Shown one piece after another: positions 9,350 to 18,736 of a stretch of 64,000 nt of DNA. The stretch lies in sequence record NC_028829.1; one strand, written 5' to 3'. Position 1 is the stretch's first letter. Every line of letters starts with the position of its first letter. The position numbers and the translations under genes were made by a program. Under the pieces are notes generated by a model. That model ran no database searches and was not told the DNA's origin. It worked only from the letters and a program-made list of their open reading frames with translations.

Positions 9350-9853
9350 CTACATCAAGTATCTTCTTTCAAGTTTTTCACGTACTACATCAAAAACATT
9401 CATCATCGTTTCGAGGTGATAACGATCACGGGTCATAAAGCGACCTTCACTATAGCGACTTTTCACAAGAGCAGCTTCGATATTTTCGATATCTTCATCA
9501 CAATACTCAATCCACCATAGTGCTTTGACTTTGTATTCGTCATCTACAAGATGGTGTGGGTAGTACAAATATAACTTCGATACATCACCGTTGTAAAGCC
9601 GATCAGCTTCTTCTTGACGTAATCGTTCCATGATTTGATGTCGTTCACGATCAATGATAATGTTTCTTAACGTCTGAACAACCGCCATTGTATGACACTG
9701 AGCTAACCGATAACGCTGTTCTTCGCTTAGCATCTTGCAATCACGCCAATAAGGTTCGACTTTCTCAAATACGAAATGCAAATTCGTCATTTGCTCGTCA
9801 GTACAGTGCTCGAAGTTCTCACGTAAGTCGAACTTTCGATATGTCATGCCCAC
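9350..9853 (-). CDS. hypothetical protein
   Basis: Intact ORF in operon. Confidence 0.75.
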   Translation of the reverse strand: MGMTYRKFDLRENFEHCTDEQMTNLHFVFEKVEPYWRDCKMLSEEQRYRLAQCHTMAVVQTLRNIIIDRERHQIMERLRQEEADRLYNGDVSKLYLYYPHHLVDDEYKVKALWWIEYCDEDIENIEAALVKSRYSEGRFMTRDRYHLETMMNVFDVVREKLERRYLM

Positions 9854-10137
9854 GCCCCTCGAATCTTGTAAATGATACCCGTGTTCGGGATTTCTGCATA
9901 ATGATCAACGTCGTACAAGTATAGTGCAGTTGCACCTTCTAGAATCGCGCCGTCAGCGAGTTCTTCAAGTACTTTCTCAAGCCACCAGTTCGGCTTGCTC
10001 AAGAAGCTTCGAATTTCCAATACTTGCTTTTCGACATCGCCTTCCGTGCCATTTAGTGGAGCTTTAGTTTGCGCATCGATCATGATGACAGGTGCGCCGA
10101 CTAGATAAACAGGTAACCCTTTAACAACCATCGCCAA
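9844..10137 (-). CDS. hypothetical protein
   Basis: Intact ORF in operon. Confidence 0.75.
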   Translation of the reverse strand: MAMVVKGLPVYLVGAPVIMIDAQTKAPLNGTEGDVEKQVLEIRSFLSKPNWWLEKVLEELADGAILEGATALYLYDVDHYAEIPNTGIIYKIRGAWA

Positions 10138-10534
10138 TCCAACCTTTTGTTTTCAATTGCTCGTAACCGTTTAGCATGACTTGACAATCAGCACTGTTAC
10201 GGTCGAGATCGTGAATGAATGCAAGCTGCAATGCTTTGTCTAGTGCTTGCGGTAGTGCGTTATCAAAGACAACTGCTACAACGTCTGTGTCTGGGAAACG
10301 CTTCGTGAATTCACCAGTGGTTTTGAAAACACCGTTTACGGCATCTTTCACTTCGTCCCATGTGCTATCGTCGATAACACCAAGGCAATTATCTGCATCA
10401 ACCAAGAACGTGGTATTTGCTTTGTAGTACTTGCCGTTGAATTTGATTTCACCTTCTTGTGGGATATATTCAAGCCCGTTGTGAAATTCTTCAACTTCTT
10501 TGCCGTTGTAGCCGTTGAATATGATTTGTCTCAT
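10121..10534 (-). CDS. hypothetical protein
   Basis: Intact ORF, GAGG RBS. Confidence 0.75.
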   Translation of the reverse strand: MRQIIFNGYNGKEVEEFHNGLEYIPQEGEIKFNGKYYKANTTFLVDADNCLGVIDDSTWDEVKDAVNGVFKTTGEFTKRFPDTDVVAVVFDNALPQALDKALQLAFIHDLDRNSADCQVMLNGYEQLKTKGWIGDGC

Positions 10535-11205
10535 GAATTCACCTCAATGTATTCGTTTTTCATGCCTTCTTTATGCCAGATTGCGATAGCATACGCAGCG
10601 TTTGCCAAGAAAATGCAGTACTCGGCAGCAACTACAATAACGCCTTGTGTGCTGTAGTTAACAATGCACACTACATTGACGGCAACCCAGTACCACCATG
10701 CTTCGACTTTACGCTGAATCATAAGCATGAATGCCATGATACTTGCTACAGTCGTGAATGCATCTTGTACAGCGAGTTCGGCAGGTACGTGTACGTAATC
10801 ACTAACAAGTAGTGAACCACTAAAGTGCATAATCGGGTCAATGAAGTAAGCTAGTGCAGCAGTACCGAATAACGTCGCGACAATTGAACCAACGAATTTT
10901 CGCATTTTCAAATATCTGATCTTGACTTCGTTCTCACCTTGCTTATTCCACTGATAGAAGCCGAAAATCGACATCGCAATGAAGAATCCTTGTAAGAGCA
11001 CGTCGCTATACAACTGAATCTGGAAGAACAGAATTGCAAACCCGATGCAGTTGACAATACCGACTGTGAAGTTGTGCTTCATGTTCATTCTCGCCATGAT
11101 AACACAGATTAAACCTGTAAGTGTCGCCCACAGCTCTAAACCAGACACTGCATAATCACCGATAGAAAACACAGTGTGGTTAATGTTAAACAATAAATCA
11201 AACAT
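10531..11205 (-). CDS. pnuC: nicotinamide riboside transporter PnuC
   Basis: Multi-TM; LE..A..TGL.CV, YSDVLLQ.FF, G.YQW, QDAFTT..S, RKVEAWWYWVAVN motifs. Confidence 0.92.
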   Translation of the reverse strand: MFDLLFNINHTVFSIGDYAVSGLELWATLTGLICVIMARMNMKHNFTVGIVNCIGFAILFFQIQLYSDVLLQGFFIAMSIFGFYQWNKQGENEVKIRYLKMRKFVGSIVATLFGTAALAYFIDPIMHFSGSLLVSDYVHVPAELAVQDAFTTVASIMAFMLMIQRKVEAWWYWVAVNVVCIVNYSTQGVIVVAAEYCIFLANAAYAIAIWHKEGMKNEYIEVNS

Positions 11206-11229
11206 AATATATTTCTCTCAAAGTAGTTG

Positions 11230-11496
11230 TTAGCGACGTAGGCGATTTATTTTGCTGAAGATATCTTGCCCAAACACGAGCTGCATTATTTCTTCATACG
11301 CCCATTGCGTGTCTATTTCTCGATCTTTTAATTCATCTTCGAGGTAAGATTGAGCTAGGCTAGTAAGTCGTGCTTCTACATCTTGAACTGGTGTATTGCC
11401 AAGAACTACTTGAATACTATCACGTAGTTCGCGTTCAGCTTCGCGACGTTGTAGTTCTTCACGCAAATCGTTTTCTGTGTAATTTGATAAACTCAT
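11230..11496 (-). CDS. hypothetical protein
   Basis: Intact ORF in nadR-pnuC operon. Confidence 0.75.
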   Translation of the reverse strand: MSLSNYTENDLREELQRREAERELRDSIQVVLGNTPVQDVEARLTSLAQSYLEDELKDREIDTQWAYEEIMQLVFGQDIFSKINRLRR

Positions 11497-11837
11497 TTTT
11501 TAATCAACCCTGTGATAAATCGGACAATGAATGGGATGGCAATCATAAACCATATGACGGCGCTTTGCTCTAACAGCCACAAGCTGATTAATGTTACTAT
11601 GAATCCCACAATCAAGTCAAACATTAAGTACGCGACGACGTGATCATCATTGTGCATAAACCCATTTGTGGCCCATTCATACTTGAATTCTTGATAAGCT
11701 CTAGCCCAATCTACGAACGGGATTTCACTGCGAAACATGAAGTTTACCAATGTCCCACCCACTGAAAGTACAATAGGGATGGCTAAGTTAATCAGCCACA
11801 TCAGGATCAGTATTGTGCCGACCGTTTTTATTAACAT
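11493..11837 (-). CDS. membrane protein (paralog of 11831..12166)
   Basis: Three hydrophobic segments, MFDLIVG. Confidence 0.75.
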   Translation of the reverse strand: MLIKTVGTILILMWLINLAIPIVLSVGGTLVNFMFRSEIPFVDWARAYQEFKYEWATNGFMHNDDHVVAYLMFDLIVGFIVTLISLWLLEQSAVIWFMIAIPFIVRFITGLIKK

Positions 11838-12166
11838 TTTTTCACCTTAATAACGATGATTCGAATCAGAATCAGAATGAGTATGATAAATGCGATTACA
11901 GGAAACGCAACGCTCAGTAACCATAACAAGCCCAATATAACAACGTCAAACACCATGAATGTAAACGCCCAGAACGCCATATCGTCTTTATCTTTAGTAA
12001 TTTCATGCATCATTTTGTTGGTGAATATGTGACGATATTTGAAAAGTTGTAGCTTATCGAGGTATCGATTGAACTCGATGTCCATCATAAACACACACTT
12101 CATGATTATTGTAGCTAACAACGTAGCAACAACAATACCGATATTACAAATCCATATTAATCCCAT
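11831..12166 (-). CDS. membrane protein
   Basis: Three hydrophobic segments, VFDVVILG. Confidence 0.75.
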   Translation of the reverse strand: MGLIWICNIGIVVATLLATIIMKCVFMMDIEFNRYLDKLQLFKYRHIFTNKMMHEITKDKDDMAFWAFTFMVFDVVILGLLWLLSVAFPVIAFIILILILIRIIVIKVKKC

Positions 12167-13137
12167 TTTACTTTATCTCTTAGTAGTGAAACATGACTTG
12201 CTGTTTCGTGTAAACGTTCTTCCCAATTGTTACCTTTCTGAACAATCATGAATGGCTTATTCAAACGACGAAGCATGGCATGAGCAAGTTCAAACCAACG
12301 TTCGCGGTCTTCTTGTGACTGCGTACGAGTCCCGTCTTGAACAAATTCACAGTTCGGTCGAAACAACACGTAAGCATCAATGCTTTCAAATGCAGCTAAG
12401 GCATTAAGAAGAAACGATGATTGATTGAACTGAAACTGACTGTAAACAGCCGACGTGATTGCAGAAGAATCAACGATTACAGTGTCACTTTCTTTACCAG
12501 TTGCTTCAATTCGTGCAGTCTGAGCAATTGCGAACTCTAGAACGTCATGTTCAGTGTAATGATTGTCGCTCATGATGTCGCGTGCTGCTTCAAGTACAAG
12601 CTCGTAACCATTTGCTGCCGCGATTGATGCTGCGTTCCATGACTTACCACAAGACTCGGGACCGATGAATGCAATTCTCTTTACGCGATCTTGCTGTGCG
12701 CTCGGGCTGTAAAACTCGTGTGAATTGTTCTCACGAACCGATGTACTTGAACAAGGCGTGATCTCGCGTGCTTCATCGTAAATAATTCCATCAAAGTTAC
12801 CGTACTCAGCACAGTAATTGATGTATTGCTCAGAACCAACGAATGCATCAATCTCTGGGAAATGCTCGTCGATGTACTCAGCCCATTGCTTTGATACTTC
12901 GCGATCTGATTCAGATTTATTAGATAGACCTTCATCACTCGGGCAAATTACTTTGATACAAATTCGATTACCGAAGTCTTGATGCATCCATTTCATGCGT
13001 GTTTCAACTGGAATCGGGTCAGTGTTTTCAGTGCAAAGCAAAACAGTTACTTTGTCTGCAAGCGATAGCGCGAACTTAATCAGCTTGAAATGACCTTGAT
13101 GATAGTTATTAAACTTTCCAATTACACCTGCGTGCAT
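12157..13137 (-). CDS. nadR: NadR-type NMN adenylyltransferase / ribosylnicotinamide kinase (no HTH)
   Basis: GKFNNYHQGH (HxGH), SSTSVR, Walker A GPESCGKS, FVQDGTR. Confidence 0.9.
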   Translation of the reverse strand: MHAGVIGKFNNYHQGHFKLIKFALSLADKVTVLLCTENTDPIPVETRMKWMHQDFGNRICIKVICPSDEGLSNKSESDREVSKQWAEYIDEHFPEIDAFVGSEQYINYCAEYGNFDGIIYDEAREITPCSSTSVRENNSHEFYSPSAQQDRVKRIAFIGPESCGKSWNAASIAAANGYELVLEAARDIMSDNHYTEHDVLEFAIAQTARIEATGKESDTVIVDSSAITSAVYSQFQFNQSSFLLNALAAFESIDAYVLFRPNCEFVQDGTRTQSQEDRERWFELAHAMLRRLNKPFMIVQKGNNWEERLHETASHVSLLRDKVKWD

Positions 13138-13307
13138 GATGCCTCCAGTTCTTTAATTTTATCTAATACTTGTGGGTTGACGCGAGCCATTACATCTGCT
13201 AGATGTTTCACTCTGCGAATGTCGCTCGGGTTTGTGCGTAACAATTTCAATGCACTTTCTAACAAGTCGATGTCGGCTGGCAAGCCTTTGCGTTCGTTGT
13301 CGTTCAT
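13122..13307 (-). CDS. hypothetical protein
   Basis: Intact ORF in operon. Confidence 0.7.
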   Translation of the reverse strand: MNDNERKGLPADIDLLESALKLLRTNPSDIRRVKHLADVMARVNPQVLDKIKELEASCTQV

Positions 13308-13528
13308 TTGAATACTCGCTTGTTTGCTTCATCAACGGTTTTGCTAGAATGACCTACAACGAAATCATTGGCGTAAACTTTTTCACCGCGCTTAACTTTA
13401 CCGTTGAACGATACACCTCGTTGAACTTTACCGTTTTTGCCAACGCGATATTCAGTTTCGTCATTGAAACGCAAGAAAACTAACAAGCCTTTTTCGTGCT
13501 TCGTCGCGTTTTCGTATACTACTTTCAT
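13304..13528 (-). CDS. hypothetical protein
   Basis: Intact ORF with GAGGAAGAG RBS. Confidence 0.75.
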   Translation of the reverse strand: MKVVYENATKHEKGLLVFLRFNDETEYRVGKNGKVQRGVSFNGKVKRGEKVYANDFVVGHSSKTVDEANKRVFK

Positions 13529-13753
13529 AATTCTCTTCCTCTAATTCTTCCCTGACTTTATCGACTGCTTTGCTAAACTCGTCGAATCCCATTGGTGAAA
13601 AGTCTTTTAGGGATAGCGTGAAATGCATACCATCCCTTTTGTGTTAGAAGCTGCGCGAGACCGCAACTAATAGATTGTAAGTGAACATCACGATTGAACG
13701 TGAAGCGCGCCAAATTTGTACTCGTGTTTTAAAGCTCATATCTCTTCCCTCGA

Positions 13754-14167
13754 TTACTTGTTATCATATTTGTCAAAGCATGGCATCCATGAGTAACATA
13801 CAGAAGACCTTACCGTATAACCGTTACGACCTTTGCGTGTTTCAACACGATCTTCGTATACGCGACGCTCTAGAAAGATTTTGTCGCCGACGTATATCAT
13901 ATCATCACCTGGGTAATCTGTCACGCGAATTCTACCAAGATTGTATTTGTCAGTTCTAACTAAACAATCTATTGAATGCTTTCGACTATCACATGATGAT
14001 ACTGACACGACTTTACCGTAATCTGTAGTCAGCGTTCTTAGAACTGTGTCAGACTTCGATAACGAAGAGTAAGTCAGACACGCGATAAATGCAATCCCGA
14101 TTACGCACGCTGCAATTAATAAATTCAAAACCCATTTCAAATCGTTGTCGATGCTTGTGTTTTTCAT
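13754..14167 (-). CDS. hypothetical membrane-anchored protein
   Basis: N-terminal TM; start moved to MKNTS after GAGAGA RBS. Confidence 0.75.
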   Translation of the reverse strand: MKNTSIDNDLKWVLNLLIAACVIGIAFIACLTYSSLSKSDTVLRTLTTDYGKVVSVSSCDSRKHSIDCLVRTDKYNLGRIRVTDYPGDDMIYVGDKIFLERRVYEDRVETRKGRNGYTVRSSVCYSWMPCFDKYDNK

Positions 14168-14226
14168 AATGATTCTCTCTTCAGTTGATGAGTTCATTAT
14201 ACGCATCTGATTCGACAATGCAACCA

Positions 14227-14526
14227 CTTTTTACATATTCCACACGCCAATATCTTCAGGCATCAATCCGTTCTCGACTGCTTTGTGATAATAGTTCTCG
14301 TGCTTGACAATACCACGCTGTAGATAATGACGATTCGCTTTGATGAACTGGTCGGCAGCTTCAATCGAATCTTCGTCTTTTTACATATTCCACACGCCAA
14401 TATCTTCAGGCATCAATCCGTTCTCGACTGCTTTGTGATAATAGTTCTCGTGCTTGACAATACCACGCTGTAGATAATGACGATTCGCTTTGATGAACTG
14501 GTCGGCAGCTTCAATCGAATCTTCGT
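14227..14526. repeat. exact 150-bp tandem duplication (14227-14376 = 14377-14526)
   Basis: Direct comparison of both copies; duplicates 3' end and stop of ORF 14381..14605. Confidence 0.95.
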
Positions 14527-14605
14527 GTGGGTGCTTGAGTTCAAACGGCGCGCCGTTGTCAATAAGCAAGTTACATAGTTCGATCTGCTTGTCTGTTGCT
14601 TTCAT
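14381..14605 (-). CDS. hypothetical protein
   Basis: Intact ORF; 3' part duplicated. Confidence 0.75.
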   Translation of the reverse strand: MKATDKQIELCNLLIDNGAPFELKHPHEDSIEAADQFIKANRHYLQRGIVKHENYYHKAVENGLMPEDIGVWNM

Positions 14606-14924
14606 GATTAATTTTCTCGTAGTTGCGATATATGTGACGCTTTTTCATTTTCCACTGATATTGCTGGTCGTCGTTATACGCCTTATTGTCTATCATTTTG
14701 TAAATGTAACGAACATCTTCGCCGTCTTTGCTGATTTCAGTGATTTCGATTTGCGTCACTTCGTCGGGGTCGCTTGCGAATTCTGATACCTTGACAGTTT
14801 GATAAACATCACCGACTTTAATATCAGGTTTGAATATCGAATATCCCGACATGTGGATCATCAAGAAAATAAGAATGACAATCCATGTAGTTACAATTAA
14901 ACCTACGAATCTCGGGGCGGTCAT
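14571..14924 (-). CDS. membrane-anchored hypothetical protein (family with 14921 and 15784 ORFs)
   Basis: TM then IKVGDVY...ITEISKDGEDVRY. Confidence 0.75.
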   Translation of the reverse strand: MTAPRFVGLIVTTWIVILIFLMIHMSGYSIFKPDIKVGDVYQTVKVSEFASDPDEVTQIEITEISKDGEDVRYIYKMIDNKAYNDDQQYQWKMKKRHIYRNYEKINHESNRQADRTM

Positions 14925-15358
14925 TTTGTTTTCTCCGTTGTAGTATTGATGTCAACGCTGTCTTCATGCACATAAGAATACTTTAGCGCCGTAAACGACA
15001 TTTCTTTCTCAGGTAGCGCATCCAATCCAATGTACTTGTAACGTATTCTCTCAGCATTGTAATTCACGTCAGTTACAACAATGCCAAAATCAACACTCTG
15101 ACTGCGCTCCCATCCCACATTGTTTAGAAGATAATAACGGTCACCGATTTCAATCTTATTCGACAGTAACCCGAAGCAAGCTGACAATGCGATACCTGCT
15201 ATAGACACGAAGAACCAAATCATAATGATTTTGAGTATTTTCTTATCTTCTTTTTCTTCAGTTACTTTACAGCGTGTCTTACGAATCGGTGGCTTTTCTG
15301 GCACTTTAAAATCAGAACGCTCGTATAATTCATCTTGTTGAAACTGTGCTATTGTCAT
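14921..15358 (-). CDS. membrane-anchored hypothetical protein
   Basis: TM then IEIGDRY...VTDVNYNAERIRY. Confidence 0.75.
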   Translation of the reverse strand: MTIAQFQQDELYERSDFKVPEKPPIRKTRCKVTEEKEDKKILKIIMIWFFVSIAGIALSACFGLLSNKIEIGDRYYLLNNVGWERSQSVDFGIVVTDVNYNAERIRYKYIGLDALPEKEMSFTALKYSYVHEDSVDINTTTEKTK

Positions 15359-15368
15359 GATACTTTCC

Positions 15369-15791
15369 TCAGTTTAATGTTAATGCTTCAGATTTCGCGG
15401 CGTCAAAGTTGCTGCGCTTTACAAGACGCGCCATATTCAAATACATGTCTTCTGGTCGCGGTGTCCAATAATTCCAATACGGCGTGTCAACGAACGTACG
15501 TTCAATCCATTCGCATATATCATCGAACTGTTCAACGTTGATATTCACACCACGATGTAATAACTCTTCGCAAAGGTCACGATAACGAACGTAAAGATAA
15601 TGCAACTTATCAAAAAAGAACGTTTCATGACCTGCACCAAGTACATAATGACAAGGAATGACCACATTACTCATTGTATGCGCTTGTATGCGCTTCTCCA
15701 CCTTGTTAAAGGGACGAGTTATCTCTTTGTACTCTGCAAGCAAATGCTTGTCTGAGAGCGTTTCAACCGGCATACAATTGATTCTAGTCAT
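15369..15791 (-). CDS. denV: endonuclease V, pyrimidine-dimer DNA glycosylase
   Basis: MTRIN...L.DKHLLAEYKE..R and Y.LGAGHETFFFDKL.YL..RY match T4 DenV. Confidence 0.93.
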   Translation of the reverse strand: MTRINCMPVETLSDKHLLAEYKEITRPFNKVEKRIQAHTMSNVVIPCHYVLGAGHETFFFDKLHYLYVRYRDLCEELLHRGVNINVEQFDDICEWIERTFVDTPYWNYWTPRPEDMYLNMARLVKRSNFDAAKSEALTLN

Positions 15792-16053
15792 TATGTTTCT
15801 CGAAATAGTTATAAAGGTGGTGTGTTGACATTTCGTATGTAGTTCTAGCCGATATCGACATCTCTTTGCCCTCGATGCACACCCAATCATATTGTATGTG
15901 CTTACCGTCTTTCGATACATTCACGACTTCGATTATATTCGCTCCTACGCTCGTGTCAACCCAATCTTTGCCAATTTGAAGATATCTTTCACCGATTTCA
16001 GGTGGTGTAATCGTTGGGAAAAGAAAATCTTTGATTTTAGTCAGTAGTTTCAT
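15784..16053 (-). CDS. hypothetical protein (IGERY family)
   Basis: PEIGERY...VVNVSKDGKHIQY. Confidence 0.75.
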   Translation of the reverse strand: MKLLTKIKDFLFPTITPPEIGERYLQIGKDWVDTSVGANIIEVVNVSKDGKHIQYDWVCIEGKEMSISARTTYEMSTHHLYNYFEKHND

Positions 16054-16331
16054 GCTAACTCCAATTTCTCAAGCTCTTGTTTGAAGTGTTGTTTGTATTC
16101 GTCAGAAGAACCGTACATCGGCCAACCATTTTCGAGACCAAGTTCTGAGGCAATCATATCGAATACTTGATCGCGATCAGCAGTGTCTAGTGACGTGCAA
16201 CCATGTGTGTAAAACGTTGCCCAATATTCTTGCTCACACGCACGAGCGACTTTCTCTGCGATTTCAGAAGGCAGTACGCGATCTGTATAGCTCGTGAACT
16301 CACTATTAACTGCTTTTAAAAGACTAACCAT
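16050..16331 (-). CDS. hypothetical protein
   Basis: Intact ORF in operon. Confidence 0.75.
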   Translation of the reverse strand: MVSLLKAVNSEFTSYTDRVLPSEIAEKVARACEQEYWATFYTHGCTSLDTADRDQVFDMIASELGLENGWPMYGSSDEYKQHFKQELEKLELA

Positions 16332-16332
16332 T

Positions 16333-16623
16333 TTACACCTCTAGTACTTCACGTGAAAAACCAACACAACCCGGGATTGTACGCCAATCAAAGTTCAAGT
16401 AAGATTCAGCACACTTGCTCATTGCAGGACGATTCGCTGCTTTGCGGTCTAAATGACGCTCTGCAATCGAACAGATAGAAGACATAGCAATTGACACTTC
16501 TTGATCTTGCTGTGCGCGATATGCAGCGCGAAGCTTCTCAACATTACCTTTTGTAATCTTGTCTGATTTCAATGTAGCAACTAGATTCATGCAAGCTTTG
16601 ATTGTTTCAGTTGTGTAGTTCAT
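16333..16623 (-). CDS. hypothetical early protein
   Basis: GAGAGAACATTATG start after promoter cassette. Confidence 0.8.
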   Translation of the reverse strand: MNYTTETIKACMNLVATLKSDKITKGNVEKLRAAYRAQQDQEVSIAMSSICSIAERHLDRKAANRPAMSKCAESYLNFDWRTIPGCVGFSREVLEV

Positions 16624-16695
16624 AATGTTCTCTCTGTATCTCGTTTCGATGTAGCTATAATACGCAAAAAGGGTCGCCGAAGCAACCCTTTTTTT
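16621..16695 (-). promoter_or_regulatory. early promoter cassette with -35 inside terminator hairpin
   Basis: TTGCTT(16680-85)-17bp-TATTAT(16657-62); GGGTTGC-TTCG-GCGACCC-T5; conserved leader. Confidence 0.8.
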
Positions 16696-16697
16696 AA

Positions 16698-17351
16698 TTA
16701 AATTGATAATTCGCTGAAAATGTATTTCTGCATGAGACGTTTAAGCTCTTTTTTCTCTTGCGTTTCATTTTCTTTCATTTCGCGCTCTTGTTCGAGTTTC
16801 ATTTTCTTGTCTCGTTCTGTCGCCTCGTCAATGTAACCTTGAATCGTTTTTACAGTGCTTTCAGCGTCCCAGAAGTCTTGAATGTTATGAGAGTACGTAA
16901 TTACACCCTCATCACCACCCGCATACATTTCATCAAAGCGAATACATACATCACCATCTTCGTCTAACACTACACTTGTCAGCGTGAATTCAGAACAATC
17001 GAATTGTTCAAATTCTGACAAGTTGTATTTGATGCGATTGGCAAACTCAGTCGCGTTGTGAAGAACATTTTGAACTTTATTCTGGAAGAACGTCATCGTT
17101 TCTTCGCGTTCTTCGTCAGTTGTCTGACCCATTTCAAGTAGATGTTTAGCACGCGCAATAGCTTTCTTGTCAGGGCAGTCGTTGGTTTGAATTGAGATTG
17201 CATTATCGGACTTATGATAATGATGCAACTCATCAACACTAAACCAATACACGTAGACGTAATTTTCTTCATCCTCGTGTGCGAGTAAACCAATGTCACC
17301 AGTCGGGATGTGACTTGAGTTGCGGCTTTCTTCTTTCAATACGTATTTCAT
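16698..17351 (-). CDS. hypothetical protein (C-half paralogous to 17360..17761)
   Basis: DEDGDVCIRF...HNIQDFWDAEST, charged coiled-coil tail. Confidence 0.8.
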   Translation of the reverse strand: MKYVLKEESRNSSHIPTGDIGLLAHEDEENYVYVYWFSVDELHHYHKSDNAISIQTNDCPDKKAIARAKHLLEMGQTTDEEREETMTFFQNKVQNVLHNATEFANRIKYNLSEFEQFDCSEFTLTSVVLDEDGDVCIRFDEMYAGGDEGVITYSHNIQDFWDAESTVKTIQGYIDEATERDKKMKLEQEREMKENETQEKKELKRLMQKYIFSELSI

Positions 17352-17359
17352 GTTGACCT

Positions 17360-17761
17360 CTATTGGTATTTTTCAGAAAGACGTTTTAACTCAGCGCGTT
17401 CTCGCGCTTCAATTGCGGCTTTCTCATCTTCTTTTTTCTTTTCGTTTCGCGCTTCGCGTTCAAGCTTTCTTTTTTCTGCTTGTTCGATGTATGAAGCAAT
17501 CTCTGCGTCTGTCGATTCAGCGGTAAAGAAATCACCTATATCGTGCGTGTAACCGATGTCGTCAAACACTTCACCACGGAAACGATCTTCAAATAGAACA
17601 CAGATATCACCTTCTTCGTCGATTGTAGCACTGACAAATCGCATAGAACCATGAATCTTTCGGTTTTCATAATCACTCAAATAAGGGTGAATCGCATTCG
17701 CATAACGTTCAGCGTTTTCTAAAATTTCTTCGCACTTTGCTCGGTATTCTTCTAATTTCAT
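17360..17761 (-). CDS. hypothetical protein
   Basis: DEEGDICVLF...HDIGDFFTAEST, charged tail. Confidence 0.8.
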   Translation of the reverse strand: MKLEEYRAKCEEILENAERYANAIHPYLSDYENRKIHGSMRFVSATIDEEGDICVLFEDRFRGEVFDDIGYTHDIGDFFTAESTDAEIASYIEQAEKRKLEREARNEKKKEDEKAAIEARERAELKRLSEKYQ

Positions 17762-17762
17762 G

Positions 17763-18356
17763 TTAACCTCGAATTAAAGGAAAGTCATCTTTCCATAATG
17801 TTAGATAAGAGTTGCATTGTCCAACCCCACCGCCCGAACCACAGTTAACACCTGGTATGTGTCCCAGATACTTGCGGTACAAATCAAACGATTTTCTACT
17901 ACCTTGCTGTTCCCAATGACAACGAATATTGCAAGCTAGACCGCGCTTAATATCTTCGTTGTTTTCTGACCACATCGAGCAAGTCTTCTCACCAACTGGC
18001 GCACTGTGTGTCATACGCGCTTCGATAAATGGCTTGTGTTGAGTACTGAAAAGACAATATTCCCATCTGACATTCATCATTCGCGGCGTCTTGCGTGCAT
18101 CGCCGTAGTAGTGTAACACGTGAACCGCTTCGATAATCATGTCTTCTTCGTCTTGAATGATTTCAAACAAGTGCTTGAATGAACATGCACGCAATCGAAT
18201 CGTGTCGAGATATTTGCTTGCTTGTGCTTGCTGAATCGCTTTGACCTTTAAAAACGTATCGTGTTGACGACAACGCTTTTCATGAGCTGCAACTTCGCCT
18301 TGCAATATGCTTTGAAAGTCGCAGTAGTCGCATACGTGTACTGTCATTTGATGCAT
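17763..18356 (-). CDS. hypothetical protein with N-terminal Zn-finger-like motif
   Basis: CDYC...HEKRC. Confidence 0.75.
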   Translation of the reverse strand: MHQMTVHVCDYCDFQSILQGEVAAHEKRCRQHDTFLKVKAIQQAQASKYLDTIRLRACSFKHLFEIIQDEEDMIIEAVHVLHYYGDARKTPRMMNVRWEYCLFSTQHKPFIEARMTHSAPVGEKTCSMWSENNEDIKRGLACNIRCHWEQQGSRKSFDLYRKYLGHIPGVNCGSGGGVGQCNSYLTLWKDDFPLIRG

Positions 18357-18736
18357 TTTGTAGCTCCGTGTTCAATTTTTTCCCAGCCGCCAGTGATTTC
18401 ATCTGGGTCAATACCACGACTGCTAAGTTCTGCAATCATATAGTCTTTGAAATCGTGACCACTCATGTGATTCTCGGGTGCTTCGAACCAATAAATCACT
18501 TTACCGAAATTAGTACGCCAGTATTTCTCTGCGTTAGTCAGTTCACAGTAACGCTTAACACCACCGCCACCACCATTCACGTGACTTAGAGAATCAAACC
18601 ATCTTGGCTCTTCGTCTAGTTGTTCATCGCCCGCATCGAATTCAATTGGCTCTGGTTTATACGGCATACCGTATCTGATACAGAGATAAGTGCCGCTTTC
18701 ACGCGGCAATCTTTCTCTTACGTCTATCGGTTGCAT
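18344..18736 (-). CDS. DUF551-like phage protein
   Basis: IDVRERLPRESGTYLC...VIYW. Confidence 0.6.
   Translation of the reverse strand: MQPIDVRERLPRESGTYLCIRYGMPYKPEPIEFDAGDEQLDEEPRWFDSLSHVNGGGGGVKRYCELTNAEKYWRTNFGKVIYWFEAPENHMSGHDFKDYMIAELSSRGIDPDEITGGWEKIEHGATKCIK

Noticed and set aside
14227-14526. Tandem repeat as CRISPR array or mobile-element end
   Set aside because: Only two 150-bp copies, no spacers, and the content is coding sequence.
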